Positions 1 to 12,416 of a stretch of 64,000 nt of DNA are shown here, in pieces. This DNA is from an uncultured Phycisphaerales bacterium (GTDB lineage: Bacteria > Planctomycetota > Phycisphaerae > Tepidisphaerales > Tepidisphaeraceae). Both the position numbers and the translations under genes were made by a program. The DNA is taken from assembly GCA_963758525.1 (NCBI GenBank), contig CAVWVQ010000003.1, forward strand, positions 2,848,001 through 2,912,000, written 5' to 3'. A model generated the notes under the pieces. That model was not told the DNA's origin. It made no database searches and was given only the letters and a program-made list of their open reading frames with translations. The first letter of the stretch is position 1. Each line of letters starts with the position of its first letter.

Positions 1-126
1 CCAGAGCTTTGCCGGCTCGGCGGCCATGGATGATTGAACGAATGAGCCGAAGGCAATGAGAGGGAGAGAAAGCGTGAACGTGAACAGCAAAAAGTGAAAA
101 CGGGGATATTTGCGCATGGGTTTCCC

Positions 127-1170
127 TTAGCCTTGCATTCCCGATCTCAACTCGTCGGCGTTCTGACATATCCATTGCCCACGGGCCAGCGCCATTTTCA
201 GCCACGGAATGCGGCTGACGATCTGCTCCGCGGTGGCGCCGGCCAGCAGCATGGTGCACTCTGCCAGAACGGATTCGATCATCAGCAGCGGCAGGATCTC
301 GACTTCGGCGTTCGATAGCCGCAGCACCGAGTCGTACGCATTAACGAACGCGTGAAACCGCGGCAGGTCGACCTCGGCGGGCCAGTCTTGCGGGGGGACC
401 GACGAATCGATGAATGTCGAGAACGTCGTGGCGGAATTCGCCAGATCGACTACGCACTGTTGAATCCGCGCCCCGTCAAAATCGATCACGCCGACCACGT
501 GTTGATTGCGGAAAAGCGCGTTGCCTGGATGGAAGTCGGCATGCACGATCTGCTTCGGCCAGGCGCGAAGACCGGCGGCGTTGGCCGAGCGCCGCGCTTC
601 GTTGCGCAGCAGGAACACTTCATGAAAGAGATCGCGGCAGGCTGGATCCTGATCGGCGCCCGCGCCCGCAACAGCCTCGGCGTGGCGCAGGAGCCTGGGA
701 ATCTGCGGATGATCGTGGTAACTGCCTGTCGGCGGTGAAAAGCCCGGACGGCATTTGGCCAGCAGTTTATGGCTCAACGCCAGCGTCCGGCCGGCGCTGG
801 CGGTCGCTTCAATCGAACTGTCATAGGGAGAGGACTGCAGATATTCGAAGAGCTCGTAGACCGCATCATCGGTCTGCAACAGCGTGTTGTTGTCATCGCG
901 GGTGGCGATGAGGTGCGGCACGGGAAAATGGTGCTTTGCAAGAAAGAGCTGAATTTCATGCGCGAAGGCAACCTTGAACGGGTCGCATTTTCCGGGGGCT
1001 CGCCGCTTGAGCAGAAAGACGTTGCGATCCGTAGTGACAAGAAGCTTCGGCGAGTGTGCCGAGCCCGCTCGAAGGGGAACCGCCGTGGCGAGGTCACCCA
1101 GATCGTAGCGGCTGAGGATTTGACGAGCCTCCTTGCCGGAAAACTCAAACGGTTTGAGTTCGAGAGCCAA
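127..1170 (-). CDS. APH/homoserine kinase type II-like phosphotransferase
   Basis: Brenner-type motif IVHADFHPGN and VIDFD; TTG start with GGAG upstream. Confidence 0.8.
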   Translation of the reverse strand: MALELKPFEFSGKEARQILSRYDLGDLATAVPLRAGSAHSPKLLVTTDRNVFLLKRRAPGKCDPFKVAFAHEIQLFLAKHHFPVPHLIATRDDNNTLLQTDDAVYELFEYLQSSPYDSSIEATASAGRTLALSHKLLAKCRPGFSPPTGSYHDHPQIPRLLRHAEAVAGAGADQDPACRDLFHEVFLLRNEARRSANAAGLRAWPKQIVHADFHPGNALFRNQHVVGVIDFDGARIQQCVVDLANSATTFSTFIDSSVPPQDWPAEVDLPRFHAFVNAYDSVLRLSNAEVEILPLLMIESVLAECTMLLAGATAEQIVSRIPWLKMALARGQWICQNADELRSGMQG

Positions 1171-1476
1171 ACGAATGTCTCCGATTAAGCGAACGTGACA
1201 ATATTATACAAACGATGTCCGATGCCAATGGATGGCCAGCACTGCGCGACGTGGGATTTCTGCCGCGCTCTGAGGTTCTTATCGGCCCTTCACTATTCTC
1301 ACCGGTTCACTTCGGAAGCGATATTGCCGGGAATGGGTACACCCTAGGATAAAACGTCATTTTGATAACCTGCACCGCTTATACCGCGCTACGCACGTAC
1401 CGATAGGACCGACAGCGGCCTACCTGTTGTCCCGTGAAAACCGGCCGCGAGAGATTTTCAAAAACGGCCGTTCTGT

Positions 1477-4400
1477 ATGCATTGGATGAACTTCATCAAC
1501 TGGTTTGCCGGGGGGGAAAACCCCTACCACACGCTCTACCACTGCATGCGTGGCGATACGCCGTGGGTGGTCACCACGGTCGCGCTCGATCTGGCTGTTG
1601 CGATGGGGTATCTGCTGATCGCCAAGCACTGGTGGGAAAACGAGCGACAACTCAACAACACGAATGCAGCCAAAATCGCGCTGGGGCGGTTGAAAAACAT
1701 CTTCATCTTCTGCGGAATCTGCGGCTATGTGTTCATCCCCATCAAGATGTTCTGGCCGGCATGGCGGCTTTACGACATGTTTATGGGGGTGCTGGTTCTG
1801 TTCACATGGCGGTATGCGCTGGGGGCGCACGACTTGAAGGTGATTTATAGCGCCGTGAAGGGGAACGACAGGCTGGAGCGCGATCTGCAGGATTCTCTGG
1901 CCAATCGCGACCTTCTCGAGAGACTCGTCGCCGAACATACCAGTGAACTGGCCGCCGCCAATGACGCGCTGCGGCGCAGATCGCGGAAAAAGAAGCGGCG
2001 TCGCAGGCGCTGACGATGGAGCGCAATCTGCTGCGCACGCTGATCGACGCGGTGCCGGATCTGATCTACGCCAAAGGGCTCGATGGAAAATACGTTTTAA
2101 GCAACGTGGCCCATTCGCGGTTTGTCGGCCAGCCGGTGCCGGACAACGTCATCGGACATTGCGCCGCTGATTTCTTTCCGACAAATGTTGCCGCCAAACT
2201 CGATCTCGACGACCAGAAGATCTTTCGCCTTGGCGTTCTCATGCTCAACGGCGAGGATCCGATCGCCGATTCCGACGGCCATACGATGTGGATGGCGCGC
2301 ACGAAGGTTCCGCTGCGCGATCCCGCGGGAAAAATCGTGGGCCTGGTTGGAATCAGCCGGAACATCACGCTTCGCAAGGAAGCTGAGGCCCGGCTCAATG
2401 CTCTGAACGAAACGCTCGAGGAGCGTGTCGCGGAGCGGAGCGCCGCCGCCGAGCAGCGTGCCGGGCTGCTGTCGCGATCGGAGGACGCGCTTCGGACGCA
2501 GACGCGCATTTTGCGCCTGGTGCTGACGAGCATGGGCGACGGAGTCGTCGTCGCAGAGAAGGGCGGGCGCGTGATTCTCAACAATCCGGCGGCAGCGCAG
2601 TGGTTCGGACCGGTTCTGGCGGAAACGCGCGCCGACGAACAGCTTCTGGGACTTTATCTGCCCGATGGGCAGACCCCGTATCCTGCCGGCGATCGGCCGC
2701 TCGCCCGCGCCTGCGCGGCGAAGCGGTCAACGAAGCCGAGTCGGTCTTCCGTCGCACGCCCGAGGCTGAAGGGATCTGGCTCAGCGCCACGGCCCGTCCG
2801 CTGCGCGACGACGATGGGACCGTGCAGGGCGCGGTGGTCGTCTACCGGGATATCACTGGGCGAAAACGTGATGAAGCAAACCTGGCCGAGTCAGAGGAGC
2901 GATTCCGTCAGTTGGCCGAGTGCATCGATGAAGTGTTCTGGCTGCACGATCCGGTCGCCGGGCGCATGATCTACGTAAGCCCGACCTATCAGAACGTCTG
3001 GGGGCGCCCCGCGGCCAGTTTGTACGAGGATGCCGGATCACTGCTGGCCGCGATTCATCCCGATGACCGCGATCGCGTGGCGGCCGCGATCGAACGCCAG
3101 AGCCGCGGCGCCAACACGAGCGAGGAATACCGGATTCTGCGCCCGACGGCACGATGCGCTGGATTTGGGATCGCGGTTTTCCGATCAAGGACCGCAACAA
3201 GCACACATACCGCGTTGCCGGCGTCGCGGAGGACATCACCGACCGCAAGCAAGTGGGGGCTGAACTGCAGAAAGCCAAGGAAGACGCCGAGGCCGCGAAC
3301 CGCGCCAAGAGCGAGTTCCTGGCGAACATGAGCCACGAGATCCGCACCCCGATGACCGCGATCATTGGTTTCGCGGACATGATGCTTCAGCCGCATCAGA
3401 CCGCGTGCGATCGCAACGAGTGCGTTCAGGTCGTTCGCCGCAACGCCCGGCATCTGCTGGGGTTGATCAACGACATTCTCGATCTCTCCAAGATCGAAGC
3501 GGGGAAGATGACCGTCGAGCGGATTCCGTGCGACGTGCCGCAGCTCATGGCCGACGTGCTGTCGCTGATGCGTCCCCGCGCGAGGAAAAGGGGCTGCGGC
3601 TCGACGTGGACTTCGACGGGGCGATTCCCCGCAAGATCATGACAGATCCTCTGCGGCTGCGGCAGATCATCGTCAACCTTCTGGGCAATGCCATCAAGTT
3701 CACGAATGAGGGATTGATCGCGGTGCGAGTGCGATGCGAGGGGACCGGAGCATCCAACGTATTGCGGATCGACGTCACCGACAGCGGCATCGGGATGACC
3801 CGGGAGCAGATCGGGCGTCTGTTTCAACCATTCACGCAGGCTGACGAATCCACCACGCGCCGTTTCGGGGGCACCGGCCTGGGGCTGACCATCAGCCGGA
3901 AGCTGGCAAATCTGCTGGGCGGCGATATCGGCATCGAATCCGAACCGGGCATCGGGAGCACCTTTACCGTGTGGATCGGTTGCGGTTCGTGCGTTGGCGT
4001 CGAGCTGATCCAGGGGCTGACGGAAGAAAAGCTTCCCAGCGGCGGAGAAGAGGGGCAGTCGGATCACTTGCTGATTCGCGGCCGAATTCTGCTTGCCGAG
4101 GACGGCCGCGACAATCAGCGTCTGATCTCGACGCACCTTCGGACCGCCGGCGCCGAAGTGGAGATCGCCGACAACGGCCGGGCGGCGGTGGAGATGGCCC
4201 GCTCGCAGCCGTTCGACCTGATCCTGATGGACATGCAGATGCCGGAATTGGACGGATACGACGCCACCGCAGAATTGCGATCCCAGGGCTTCGCGCTCCC
4301 GATTATCGCGCTGACGGCCAATGCCATGTCCGAGGATCGCGCCAAATGCATCGCCAGCGGATGCACCGACTATCTCACGAAACCCATCGAAAGAGGGATA

Positions 4401-4850
4401 CTCTTGAAAACCGTATTGCACCATTTAGGACAATCCGATGTGACGCGTCCCGCCAGCGCCGCCCCTGTCGAATCGCCCAGGCTGCAGTCACGGCCGGATG
4501 TCAGCGAGGGGCCGATCACCAGCACGCTGAACGACTATCCCGGAATGAAAAACATCATTCTTGAGTTTGTCGCGGGTCTTCCGGAGGAAGTGAAGAAAAT
4601 GCAGGAGCTGATGGACGGTCACGACCTCTCGCTGCTCAAGCGTGCGGTGCATCAGCTTCGCGGCGCCGGCGGCGGATATGGGTTTGACGCGATCTCCGAA
4701 AAGGCGACGGCCGCCGAAGAGTCGATCAAGGCGTCCGATAATCTCGAGACGATCCAGGCGAAGATTAATTCCCTGATTGACGTGATTCATCGCATCGAGG
4801 GATTCGACAAGAACAAGGAGAACGCCGCGCTCAAAGGAGATCGCTCATGA
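1477..4850 (+). CDS. Membrane-anchored hybrid sensor histidine kinase (TM sensor, PAS x3, HisKA, HATPase, REC, Hpt), split by about 4 frameshifts
   Basis: ORF pieces 1477-2013, 2016-2969, 2600-3331, 3154-3642 and 3405-4850 join into one protein; motifs [38 protein letters not shown] and Hpt HQLRGAGG. Confidence 0.85.
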
Positions 4851-5743
4851 AGGATACCGTATTGATCGTTGACGATTCGCCGCACGTGCACAAGCTCGTC
4901 GGCGCCTATCTGAAGAACGACGACATCTCCCTGCAGTCCGCCTTTGACGGGGAAGCAGCGATCTCCAGCGCTTCCCAGCGGCGGCCGAGCCTCATCCTTC
5001 TGGACGTGGACATGCCGCAGGTCGACGGGTTTGAAGTGTGCCGGCGTCTTCGCTCCAATCCCGCGACCAACGACACGCCGGTGATGTTCGTCACCGCCGA
5101 CGGCTCGCTCTCCGACAAGGTGAAGGGGCTGAACCTGGGGGCGGTCGACTACATCACCAAGCCATTCAAACCTGAAGAATTGCAGGCCCGTGTGCAGGCG
5201 GCGCTGCGGGCGCGGCGGCAGTTGGCGGCGACTTCATTGGTGGACGGCATCTCCGGACTGTGGAACGAGTCCTACCTGCAGCAGCATCTCCCCGCGCAGA
5301 TCTCGCTGGCGCGGCGCAGCGGGCAATCGCTCTCGTGCGTTGCCGCAAACATCGATGCGCTGCACCGGATCAATCACGACAAAGGTCAGGCCGCCGGCGA
5401 CGACATCGTGCGCGCGGTCGGGCACATTCTGCTGAGCCATTGCCGCGCGGAAGACATCGCGTGCCATTGCCATGAGAAGTTCGTGCTCCTTTTGCCAGGC
5501 ACGTCACGCGTTGGCGCAGCGAAGCTTGCCGATCGGGCGCGTACGGAAATCGAACGGCAGCTCCGTCATCGAGCCGGCGAAGGAATCGAGGTGACCTGCA
5601 GCTTCGGCGTTGCCGACACCCACGGGGAGACTGACCTGTCGGTGGTCGATGGCGCCGACGCCGCTCTCTACCGCGCCAAGCAGAGCGGCGGAAACAAGGT
5701 TTCCATCAGCCGCCCGCCGCAGGCGGACTGCACGGGCGCGTAA
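4847..5743 (+). CDS. REC-GGDEF response regulator, degenerate active site
   Basis: REC LILLDVDMP...YITKPF; the GGDEF position reads RAEDIACHCHEKF. Confidence 0.85.
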   Translation: MKDTVLIVDDSPHVHKLVGAYLKNDDISLQSAFDGEAAISSASQRRPSLILLDVDMPQVDGFEVCRRLRSNPATNDTPVMFVTADGSLSDKVKGLNLGAVDYITKPFKPEELQARVQAALRARRQLAATSLVDGISGLWNESYLQQHLPAQISLARRSGQSLSCVAANIDALHRINHDKGQAAGDDIVRAVGHILLSHCRAEDIACHCHEKFVLLLPGTSRVGAAKLADRARTEIERQLRHRAGEGIEVTCSFGVADTHGETDLSVVDGADAALYRAKQSGGNKVSISRPPQADCTGA

Positions 5744-5787
5744 CATGGTTCAGGATGCAAGGGAACGTGGTCCCGCTCCGCTGACTT

Positions 5788-5880
5788 TAGATTTTCATTT
5801 TTCATTTTTCATTTTTCATTCTTCCTTTGCGGAGAATGAAAAATGCTCAATGAAAAGTGAAAAATGAAAAAGTGGAAATT
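5788..5880. repeat. AT-rich heptamer tract (TTTTCAT)n followed by an inverted (ATGAAAA)-like tract, forming an imperfect hairpin
   Basis: attttcatttttcatttttcatttttcatt...aatgaaaaatg...tgaaaagtgaaaaatgaaaa. Confidence 0.75.
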
Positions 5881-6065
5881 GAGTCCGCTTCCTGAACCGT
5901 AAAACCCCTCTTCGCGCGGGTATCTTCCGCGCGAGCGCGGTTCCCGTGCGCCGCTCATCCCAGAAAAACGGTCTTTTCAGATTGTTGCTAATGCCGGGGC
6001 ACGATCCGCTCGACGAAGAAGATGGCGCGACAAGCGCCCGGCGGACAGATAGAAGGAGATGGAAA

Positions 6066-6973
6066 ATGCCTCAAACGGTGTTGCTTGTGGACGACTCGAT
6101 TCCCCTTCACAAGCTGGTGCGCGCGCAGCTCGAGGCCGAGCCGGTGGAAGTCCACTCCGCCTACGACGGCGAAGCCGCTCTCAATGCCGCGGTTTCCCTC
6201 CGGCCGACACTGATCCTTCTTGACGTCGACATGCCTGAATTGGACGGCTTCGAGGTCTGCCGACGCCTTAAGGGCAATCCGCTCACTGCCTCGATTCCCG
6301 TCATTTTTCTCACCGCCAACTCGCTGGTTGGCGACAAGGTGCGCGGCTTTGATACCGGCGGTGCGGATTACGTCACCAAGCCGTTCAAGCCGGAGGAGTT
6401 GCGGGCCCGCGTGCGCGGCCCTTCGCGCCAAGCATCAGCTGGAGAAGACGTCGATGGTCGATGCCGCGACCGGCATGTGGAATCGCTCGTATCTGGATTT
6501 GCATCTCAAAGCGCAGCTCTCGCTCGCCCGCCGCAGCAACCGGCCGCTCTCTTGCCTGATGATTGAGATCGATCGCTTTACCACGATGGCCGCGACGCAC
6601 GGCGTCAACGCCGCGCAGGAAGCGATCCGCGGCATCGCCCGCATCTCGCTCAGCCAGGTTCGCGCCGAGGACCTGATCTGCCGGTACACCGATTCGAAAA
6701 TCATCGTTCTCGTCAACGGCGCAGAATCGCGCCGCCGCGTCGCGGGTGGCAGAACGCCTGCGGCATGAAATCGAGCGTCAACTGGCGGTCGTCGATGGCA
6801 TGCCGGTCGGGCTCACCTGCAGCATCGGGGTTTCCGATACGCTCGTTGCCTCCGATGAGGCGTTGGTCGATCGCGCCGACGCCGCTGTCTCACGTGCCCG
6901 CCAATGCGGGCGAAACGCCGTTTTTGTCGCGCGTCCTGCTGCCGATGAGGCACACGCGGTCGCCGTCGCCTGA
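6066..6973 (+). CDS. REC-GGDEF response regulator, degenerate active site, 2 frameshifts
   Basis: MPQTVLLVDDS REC domain continues in ORFs 6220-6768 and 6746-6973; the GGDEF position reads RAEDLICRYTDSKI. Confidence 0.75.
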
Positions 6974-6995
6974 CACTGAACACGAGGTCCGCATC

Positions 6996-7934
6996 ATGCA
7001 ACAGCAACTGCTTCTCATCGACGACTCCAAGCACATTCATCCGCTGATCAAGGCGCTCCTCGCCGACGAGCAGTTGGAGATTCACTCGGCGTACGACGCC
7101 GAGTTCGGCCTCAGCATGATCAAGTCGCTCCGCCCGGATCTGATCCTCATGGACGTCGATATGCCGGGCATCAACGGCTTCGAAGCGTGCAAGCGGCTCA
7201 AGAGCGACCCGACCAACGCATCGATCCCGCTCATCTTCCTCACCAGTTGCGGCTCGATCGAGGAGAAGGTGCGCGGACTGGAACTGGGCGCGGTCGACTA
7301 TGTCACCAAGCCCTGCAACCGCGCCGAGCTGCAGGCCCGCGTGCGCGCGTCGCTCCGCATGAGCCAGTTGATCCGCCTTCTGGAAGAAAAAGCGCTGATT
7401 GACGCCCTTACCGGCCTTGGCAATCGCGCGATGTTTGAACAGCGCCTCGCCGCGGAGGTCGCCCTGCGCATTCGTTCCGGCGCGCCTCTCGCCTGCATAC
7501 TGATGGACCTCGACCAGTTTAAGTCGATCAACGATTCCTTCGGACATCCCTTTGGCGACATGGTGCTGCGGAAGGTCGCGTCGATCATAGCCGAGCATTG
7601 CCGGACGGAAGATGTCGCCTGCCGGCTTGGCGGAGAGGAATTCGTCGTCCTCTCGCCCAATACCAGCGCCGAACAGGCAACGATGCTCGCCGAGCGGATG
7701 CGTGCGGCGATTGCCAAAACTTCATTCGTGCAGGGCGGCAAGACCGTCGCCGTCACGTCCAGTTTCGGCGTGGTCGACGCCGGCGACCCGTACGACCGTT
7801 CCCTCCTGGAGCGAGCGGATGCCGCTCTCTATGAGTCCAAGCAGCAAGGCCGAAACCGCGTGACCGCCGCGATGGCGCCAACTCAATCGATCTCGTCGGC
7901 CATGCACGCGATGCCCAGGACGGCAGTCGCTTAG
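6996..7934 (+). CDS. REC-GGDEF diguanylate cyclase (PleD/WspR-like), intact GGEEF
   Basis: DALTGLGNR, DLDQFKSINDSFGH, RTEDVACRLGGEEF. Confidence 0.9.
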   Translation: MQQQLLLIDDSKHIHPLIKALLADEQLEIHSAYDAEFGLSMIKSLRPDLILMDVDMPGINGFEACKRLKSDPTNASIPLIFLTSCGSIEEKVRGLELGAVDYVTKPCNRAELQARVRASLRMSQLIRLLEEKALIDALTGLGNRAMFEQRLAAEVALRIRSGAPLACILMDLDQFKSINDSFGHPFGDMVLRKVASIIAEHCRTEDVACRLGGEEFVVLSPNTSAEQATMLAERMRAAIAKTSFVQGGKTVAVTSSFGVVDAGDPYDRSLLERADAALYESKQQGRNRVTAAMAPTQSISSAMHAMPRTAVA

Positions 7935-8060
7935 AGACGAGTTCATCATCTAAAAGTGACGGGCGCGTGAATCCCCGACGTCGGGCGGCGCCTGCTCTTA
8001 AGGGCCCGCGCACGAATAACCTGGTCAAATAATTAGAAGTCAGCGGACGGCGATTCCCCT

Positions 8061-8113
8061 GTAGCACAGCCGTCTCGGCTGATTTCGGGCCACAGCCGAG
8101 ACGGCCGTGCTAC
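8061..8113. repeat. GTAG-type REP doublet (inverted pair)
   Basis: gtagcacagccgtctcggctg...cagccgagacggccgtgctac. Confidence 0.7.
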
Positions 8114-8183
8114 GCAGCGCGTCACTTATAGCTCCGAAATTGCTCAAGTTATTCGTGCGCGAGCACTAAGATGATGGTGTCGC

Positions 8184-10854
8184 ATGGAACGCCGCCTCAT
8201 CTTCATTCGCGGGATTGTGCAGGGCGTGGGCTTTCGTCCGTTTGTTTTTAACCTGGCGTCTCAACTGAGTCTCACCGGATTTGTCAGGAATGATGACGGG
8301 ACGGTGGCGATCGAGGTGGAGGGGGAGTCGGGCGCGCTGGATCGCTTCGCGACGGAACTTTCGGAGCATCCGCCGGCGCTGGCACGCATCGAATCAATCT
8401 CCAGTGCGTCGGTGCAACTCAAGGGGGAGCGGGAATTTCGGATTGAGACGAGCCGTGCGGGTGAATCGGGCGCGCAGCGATCGGTCTTCATCTCCCCGGA
8501 CGTCGCGACGTGCGACGATTGCCTGCGCGAACTGTTCGATCCGAAGGATCGCCGGTACCGCTATCCCTTCATCAACTGCACGAACTGCGGCCCGCGGCTC
8601 ACGATCGTCACGGGCGCACCCTACGACCGGCCGCGAACAACGATGGCGTTGTTCGCGATGTGCCGGCAATGTCAGGCGGAATACGACGACCCGCGCGACC
8701 GGCGGTTTCACGCGCAGCCGACGTGTTGCCCTCGATGCGGGCCGCAGTTGGAACTGCTCGATGCACAGGGGAAAACGGTCGCATCAGATGATCCGGTGAG
8801 AACGACAGCTGATGCACTTCGCGCGGGCGGGATTGTGGCGATCAAGGGGCTGGGCGGGTTTCATCTGGCGTGCAGCGCGCTCGACGACCAAGTGGTGCGC
8901 GCACTGCGGGAGCGGAAGCATCGTGACGAGAAGCCGTTCGCGATCATGGTTTCCAACGTTGCCGCGGCTCGCGTTTTGTGTGAGGTCGGGCCGGCGGAGG
9001 CGGGGCTGTTGCGATCCCCGTCGGCGCCGATTGTGCTTCTTGCGAGGAAGTCGCTTCAGCACCTCCTGTCGGCAGATGTCGACGGCGACGGTGATCTCAA
9101 AGATGGGCCGACTCTCGCAAACTTCCAAATCACCCTCACCCCAACCCTCTCCCGGGGTACCGGGAGAGGGGGAAATGAAACGGAGTCAAAGGGCGGGCAA
9201 TTCGTGGCGGATGCAGTTGCGCCGGGGAATCCGTCGCTGGGCGTGATGGTTCCGTATACGCCGTTGCATCATCTTTTGTTTGATGGAACCGGTGGACTCC
9301 CGCTGGTAATGACCAGCGGAAATCGGTCCGATGAGCCCATCGCATATGAGAACGACGACGCGGTCGCACGGCTCAGCGGGATCGCGGATCTGTTTCTCGT
9401 TCACAATCGGCCGATTCAGGTGCGGTGCGATGATTCGGTGACGCGGGTTGTTGTGGGGTTGGAGGCGAGCACGTCCCCCTCCCCTGGTACTCCGGGGGAG
9501 GGCCGGGGTGGGGGCCTGACGCGCGCGGATGCGCAGCCACCAAATTCCGCTCCCACGATCCTCTCGCGAATTACCACAATAGAGAGATCGAGCGATTCAG
9601 GCCATGGCTTTGAAGCTCTCGGCGGTGCAGCGGAACGCTCCGCGGCATCAGCACTCCGGTCGGAATTGCCAATCCGGCGATCGCGCGGCTATGCGCCGCA
9701 GCCGATCGCGATGCCCCTCGTATGTCGGCTTCCGATGCTGGCAGTGGGGGGGCAATTGAAGGGAACGGTTGCGCTGGGTCGCGATCGGCACGCGTTTGTG
9801 AGCCACCATTTGGGGGATCTCGACCACTACGAAGCGTTCAAGGCGTTCGAGCGCGACATCGCGTTGTACGAGCAACTTTTCGATGTGAAGCCTCGGCAGA
9901 TCGTTCACGATCTGCATCCCGATTATGCATCCACCGGCTATGCGATGCGGCGGGGCGCTGCGGAGAACGTGCGACTGATCGGCGTGCAGCATCATCATGC
10001 GCACATGGCTTCATGCATGGCGGAAAATCGTTTGGGCGGCCCGGTCATCGGCGTGAGTTTCGACGGCACGGGCTACGGCCTTGATGGAGCCGTGTGGGGC
10101 GGGGAATTTCTCATCGGGGATTATCGTACGTTTGAGCGGGCAGCGCATCTGCGCTACGTGCGGATGCCGGGAGCCGACACGGCAATTCGCGAGCCGTGGC
10201 GGATGGCGCTGGCCCACTTGCTGGATGCAGAGTGCGGCGACGCGGTGCTGCGCGACCGCATTTCGGAAAATATGTTGAAGACCGCACGGCAGATGATTTT
10301 GCGGGGTTTCAATTCGCCGCTGACCAGCAGCATGGGCCGGCTGTTCGACGCGGTCGCGGCGCTGGCGGGGGTACGCGATCGCGTGAGCTACGAGGGCCAA
10401 GCGGCCATCGAATTGGAGTGGCTGTGCGCGCGATTCGACGGTGGTTGGCACCTACCCTTTTGAAATCTATCCCGCGCTTTCGCAGGGTAAGGAAAAAAAA
10501 CAACCGTTGACTGTCGACCCGCGCCGCATGATAGAATGTGTGTGTGAGGAGATTCGCGAGGGAGCGAGTTCCTCTGCCGTGGCGCGACGCTTTCACTCGA
10601 CGGTGGTCGAAATAATTGTTCGGGTGTGCGAGCGTTTGCGGAACGATGGTGGACCTGGCGTGGTTGTTCTCAGCGGCGGAGTTTTCATGAACGTCCTGCT
10701 GACCAGTGAAACGATCGCGCGTTTGCACGGAGCCGGCTTCCGCGTCTACCGTCACCGTCTCGTCCCGCCCAACGACGCTGGACTCAGCCTTGGACAACTT
10801 GCCATTGCCGCCGCGCGGGACCGTGACCCTGCTTCTTCATCCAGACCGGAGTAA
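8184..10854 (+). CDS. hypF: Carbamoyltransferase HypF, one frameshift near 10430, two in-frame repeat-containing insertions
   Basis: GIVQGVGFRP, CxxC zinc fingers (NCTNCGPR, FHAQPTCCPRCGP), RRSRGYAP, QHHHAH, PPNDAGLSLGQ. Confidence 0.93.
9130..9172 (+). repeat. Palindromic repeat (CCCTCACCCCAACCCTCTCCC-GTAC-GGGAGAGGG family) inside hypF
   Basis: Near-identical to the intergenic copy at about 55410-55452; read in frame as ITLTPTLSRGTGRG. Confidence 0.85.
9474..9515 (-). repeat. Same palindromic repeat family, opposite orientation, inside hypF
   Basis: tcccctcccctggtactccgggggagggccggggtggggg, read as SPSPGTPGEGRGG. Confidence 0.8.
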
Positions 10855-10856
10855 CA

Positions 10857-11117
10857 ATGTGTCTGGCCATTCCGGGCAAGGTCATAGAGACGTACCACGA
10901 GCACGAGGTGCTCATGGGAAAAGTCGATTTCAGCGGCATCCTCAAGCGTGTCTGCCTGGAGCACGTCCCCAAAGCCAACGTCGGCGACTACGTGCTGGTG
11001 CATGTCGGCTTCGCGCTGCAATGCATCGATGAAGCTGAGGCTCGCCGTGTGTTCGAATTCCTGGATGACATGAATCAGTTGGACGAGTTACAAGCACCGT
11101 CCGACTCGTCACCATGA
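10857..11117 (+). CDS. hypC: Hydrogenase maturation chaperone HypC
   Basis: [18 protein letters not shown]. Confidence 0.95.
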   Translation: MCLAIPGKVIETYHEHEVLMGKVDFSGILKRVCLEHVPKANVGDYVLVHVGFALQCIDEAEARRVFEFLDDMNQLDELQAPSDSSP

Positions 11118-12298
11118 AATATCTGGACGAATACCGCGATGCGTCCACGGCAAAAAGACTTGCCGACGCCATCGCCAAAACCGTCACGCGTCCATGGACG
11201 ATCATGGAAGTGTGCGGCGGGCAGACTCACACAATCGTCAAATACGGCATCGACGAAATCCTTCCGCCGCAAGTTGAACTGGTTCACGGCCCCGGTTGTC
11301 CGGTTTGCGTGACCAGCCTGGAAATGATCGACCGTGCCCACACGATCGCGTCCCGGCCGGAAGTGATCTTCTGCTCGTTTGGTGACATGCTGCGAGTTCC
11401 CGGCTCGCGGGAAGACCTGCTTTCGCTCAAGTCGAAAGGCGCCGATGTCCGCACGGTCTATTCTCCGCTGGATGCGGTGAATCTTGCCGCCGCCAATCCA
11501 ACGCGCAAGGTTGTGTTCTTTGCAATCGGTTTTGAAACGACAGCGCCGCCGAATGCGATGGCAGTGTGGCTGGCGCACAAGCGAAAGTTGATGAACTTCA
11601 GCGTTCTTGTCTCGCACGTGCTGGTGCCGCCATCAATGACGGCGATCCTTCAGGCGCCCGGCAACCGCGTGCAGGGGTTCTTGGGGCCCGGCCATGTCTG
11701 CACCGTGATGGGCTATGAAGAGTATTACCCGATTGCCGCGCACTATCGCGTGCCGATCGTCATCACCGGCTTTGAACCGATCGATATGCTCGAAGGGGTG
11801 CTGCTCACGATTCGACAGTTGGAAGAAGGGCGCGCCGAGGTTGAAAATCCCTACTCGCGAGCGGTGAAACCCAAGGGGAATGAGCAATCGCGCAAGCTGA
11901 TCGATGAGGTCTTTGAGGTGTGCGATCGCAAATGGCGCGGCGTCGGTCTGATCCCCAAAAGCGGCTACAAGCTGCGTTATGAATATCGGGATCACGACGC
12001 GGAGCGGATCTTCGCCGTCGAGGGGATTTCCGCGCAGGAATCGACCATCTGCATCAGCGGCCAGGTGCTGCGCGGCCTGAAAAAGCCCCACGACTGCGCG
12101 GCGTTTGGCACGACCTGCACCCCGCAGCGACCGCTGGGGGCGACGATGGTTTCCGCCGAAGGCGCCTGCGCGGCCTACTACGCTTACGGGCGGCATCTCG
12201 AAATAAGCCGAAAGAAGGATCAGTCCGGAAAGGGAAACGGAAATGGTAATGGACATGCGCTCCCGGTGTTGGAACCCCGTTTAGCCGCGACGCGCTAG
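11114..12298 (+). CDS. hypD: Hydrogenase formation protein HypD
   Basis: [39 protein letters not shown]. Confidence 0.95.
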   Translation: MKYLDEYRDASTAKRLADAIAKTVTRPWTIMEVCGGQTHTIVKYGIDEILPPQVELVHGPGCPVCVTSLEMIDRAHTIASRPEVIFCSFGDMLRVPGSREDLLSLKSKGADVRTVYSPLDAVNLAAANPTRKVVFFAIGFETTAPPNAMAVWLAHKRKLMNFSVLVSHVLVPPSMTAILQAPGNRVQGFLGPGHVCTVMGYEEYYPIAAHYRVPIVITGFEPIDMLEGVLLTIRQLEEGRAEVENPYSRAVKPKGNEQSRKLIDEVFEVCDRKWRGVGLIPKSGYKLRYEYRDHDAERIFAVEGISAQESTICISGQVLRGLKKPHDCAAFGTTCTPQRPLGATMVSAEGACAAYYAYGRHLEISRKKDQSGKGNGNGNGHALPVLEPRLAATR

Positions 12299-12416
12299 CG
12301 GAGCGATTGGAATGGCTTCCAAGCGCTCCACTGACGCGTCGTGGTAAACCGGGCGGAAGCGCTCGAATGTTGTTGGGTCGCTTCGGCTTGCGAAGCGACG
12401 CTTGCGGAAGGGTTTC

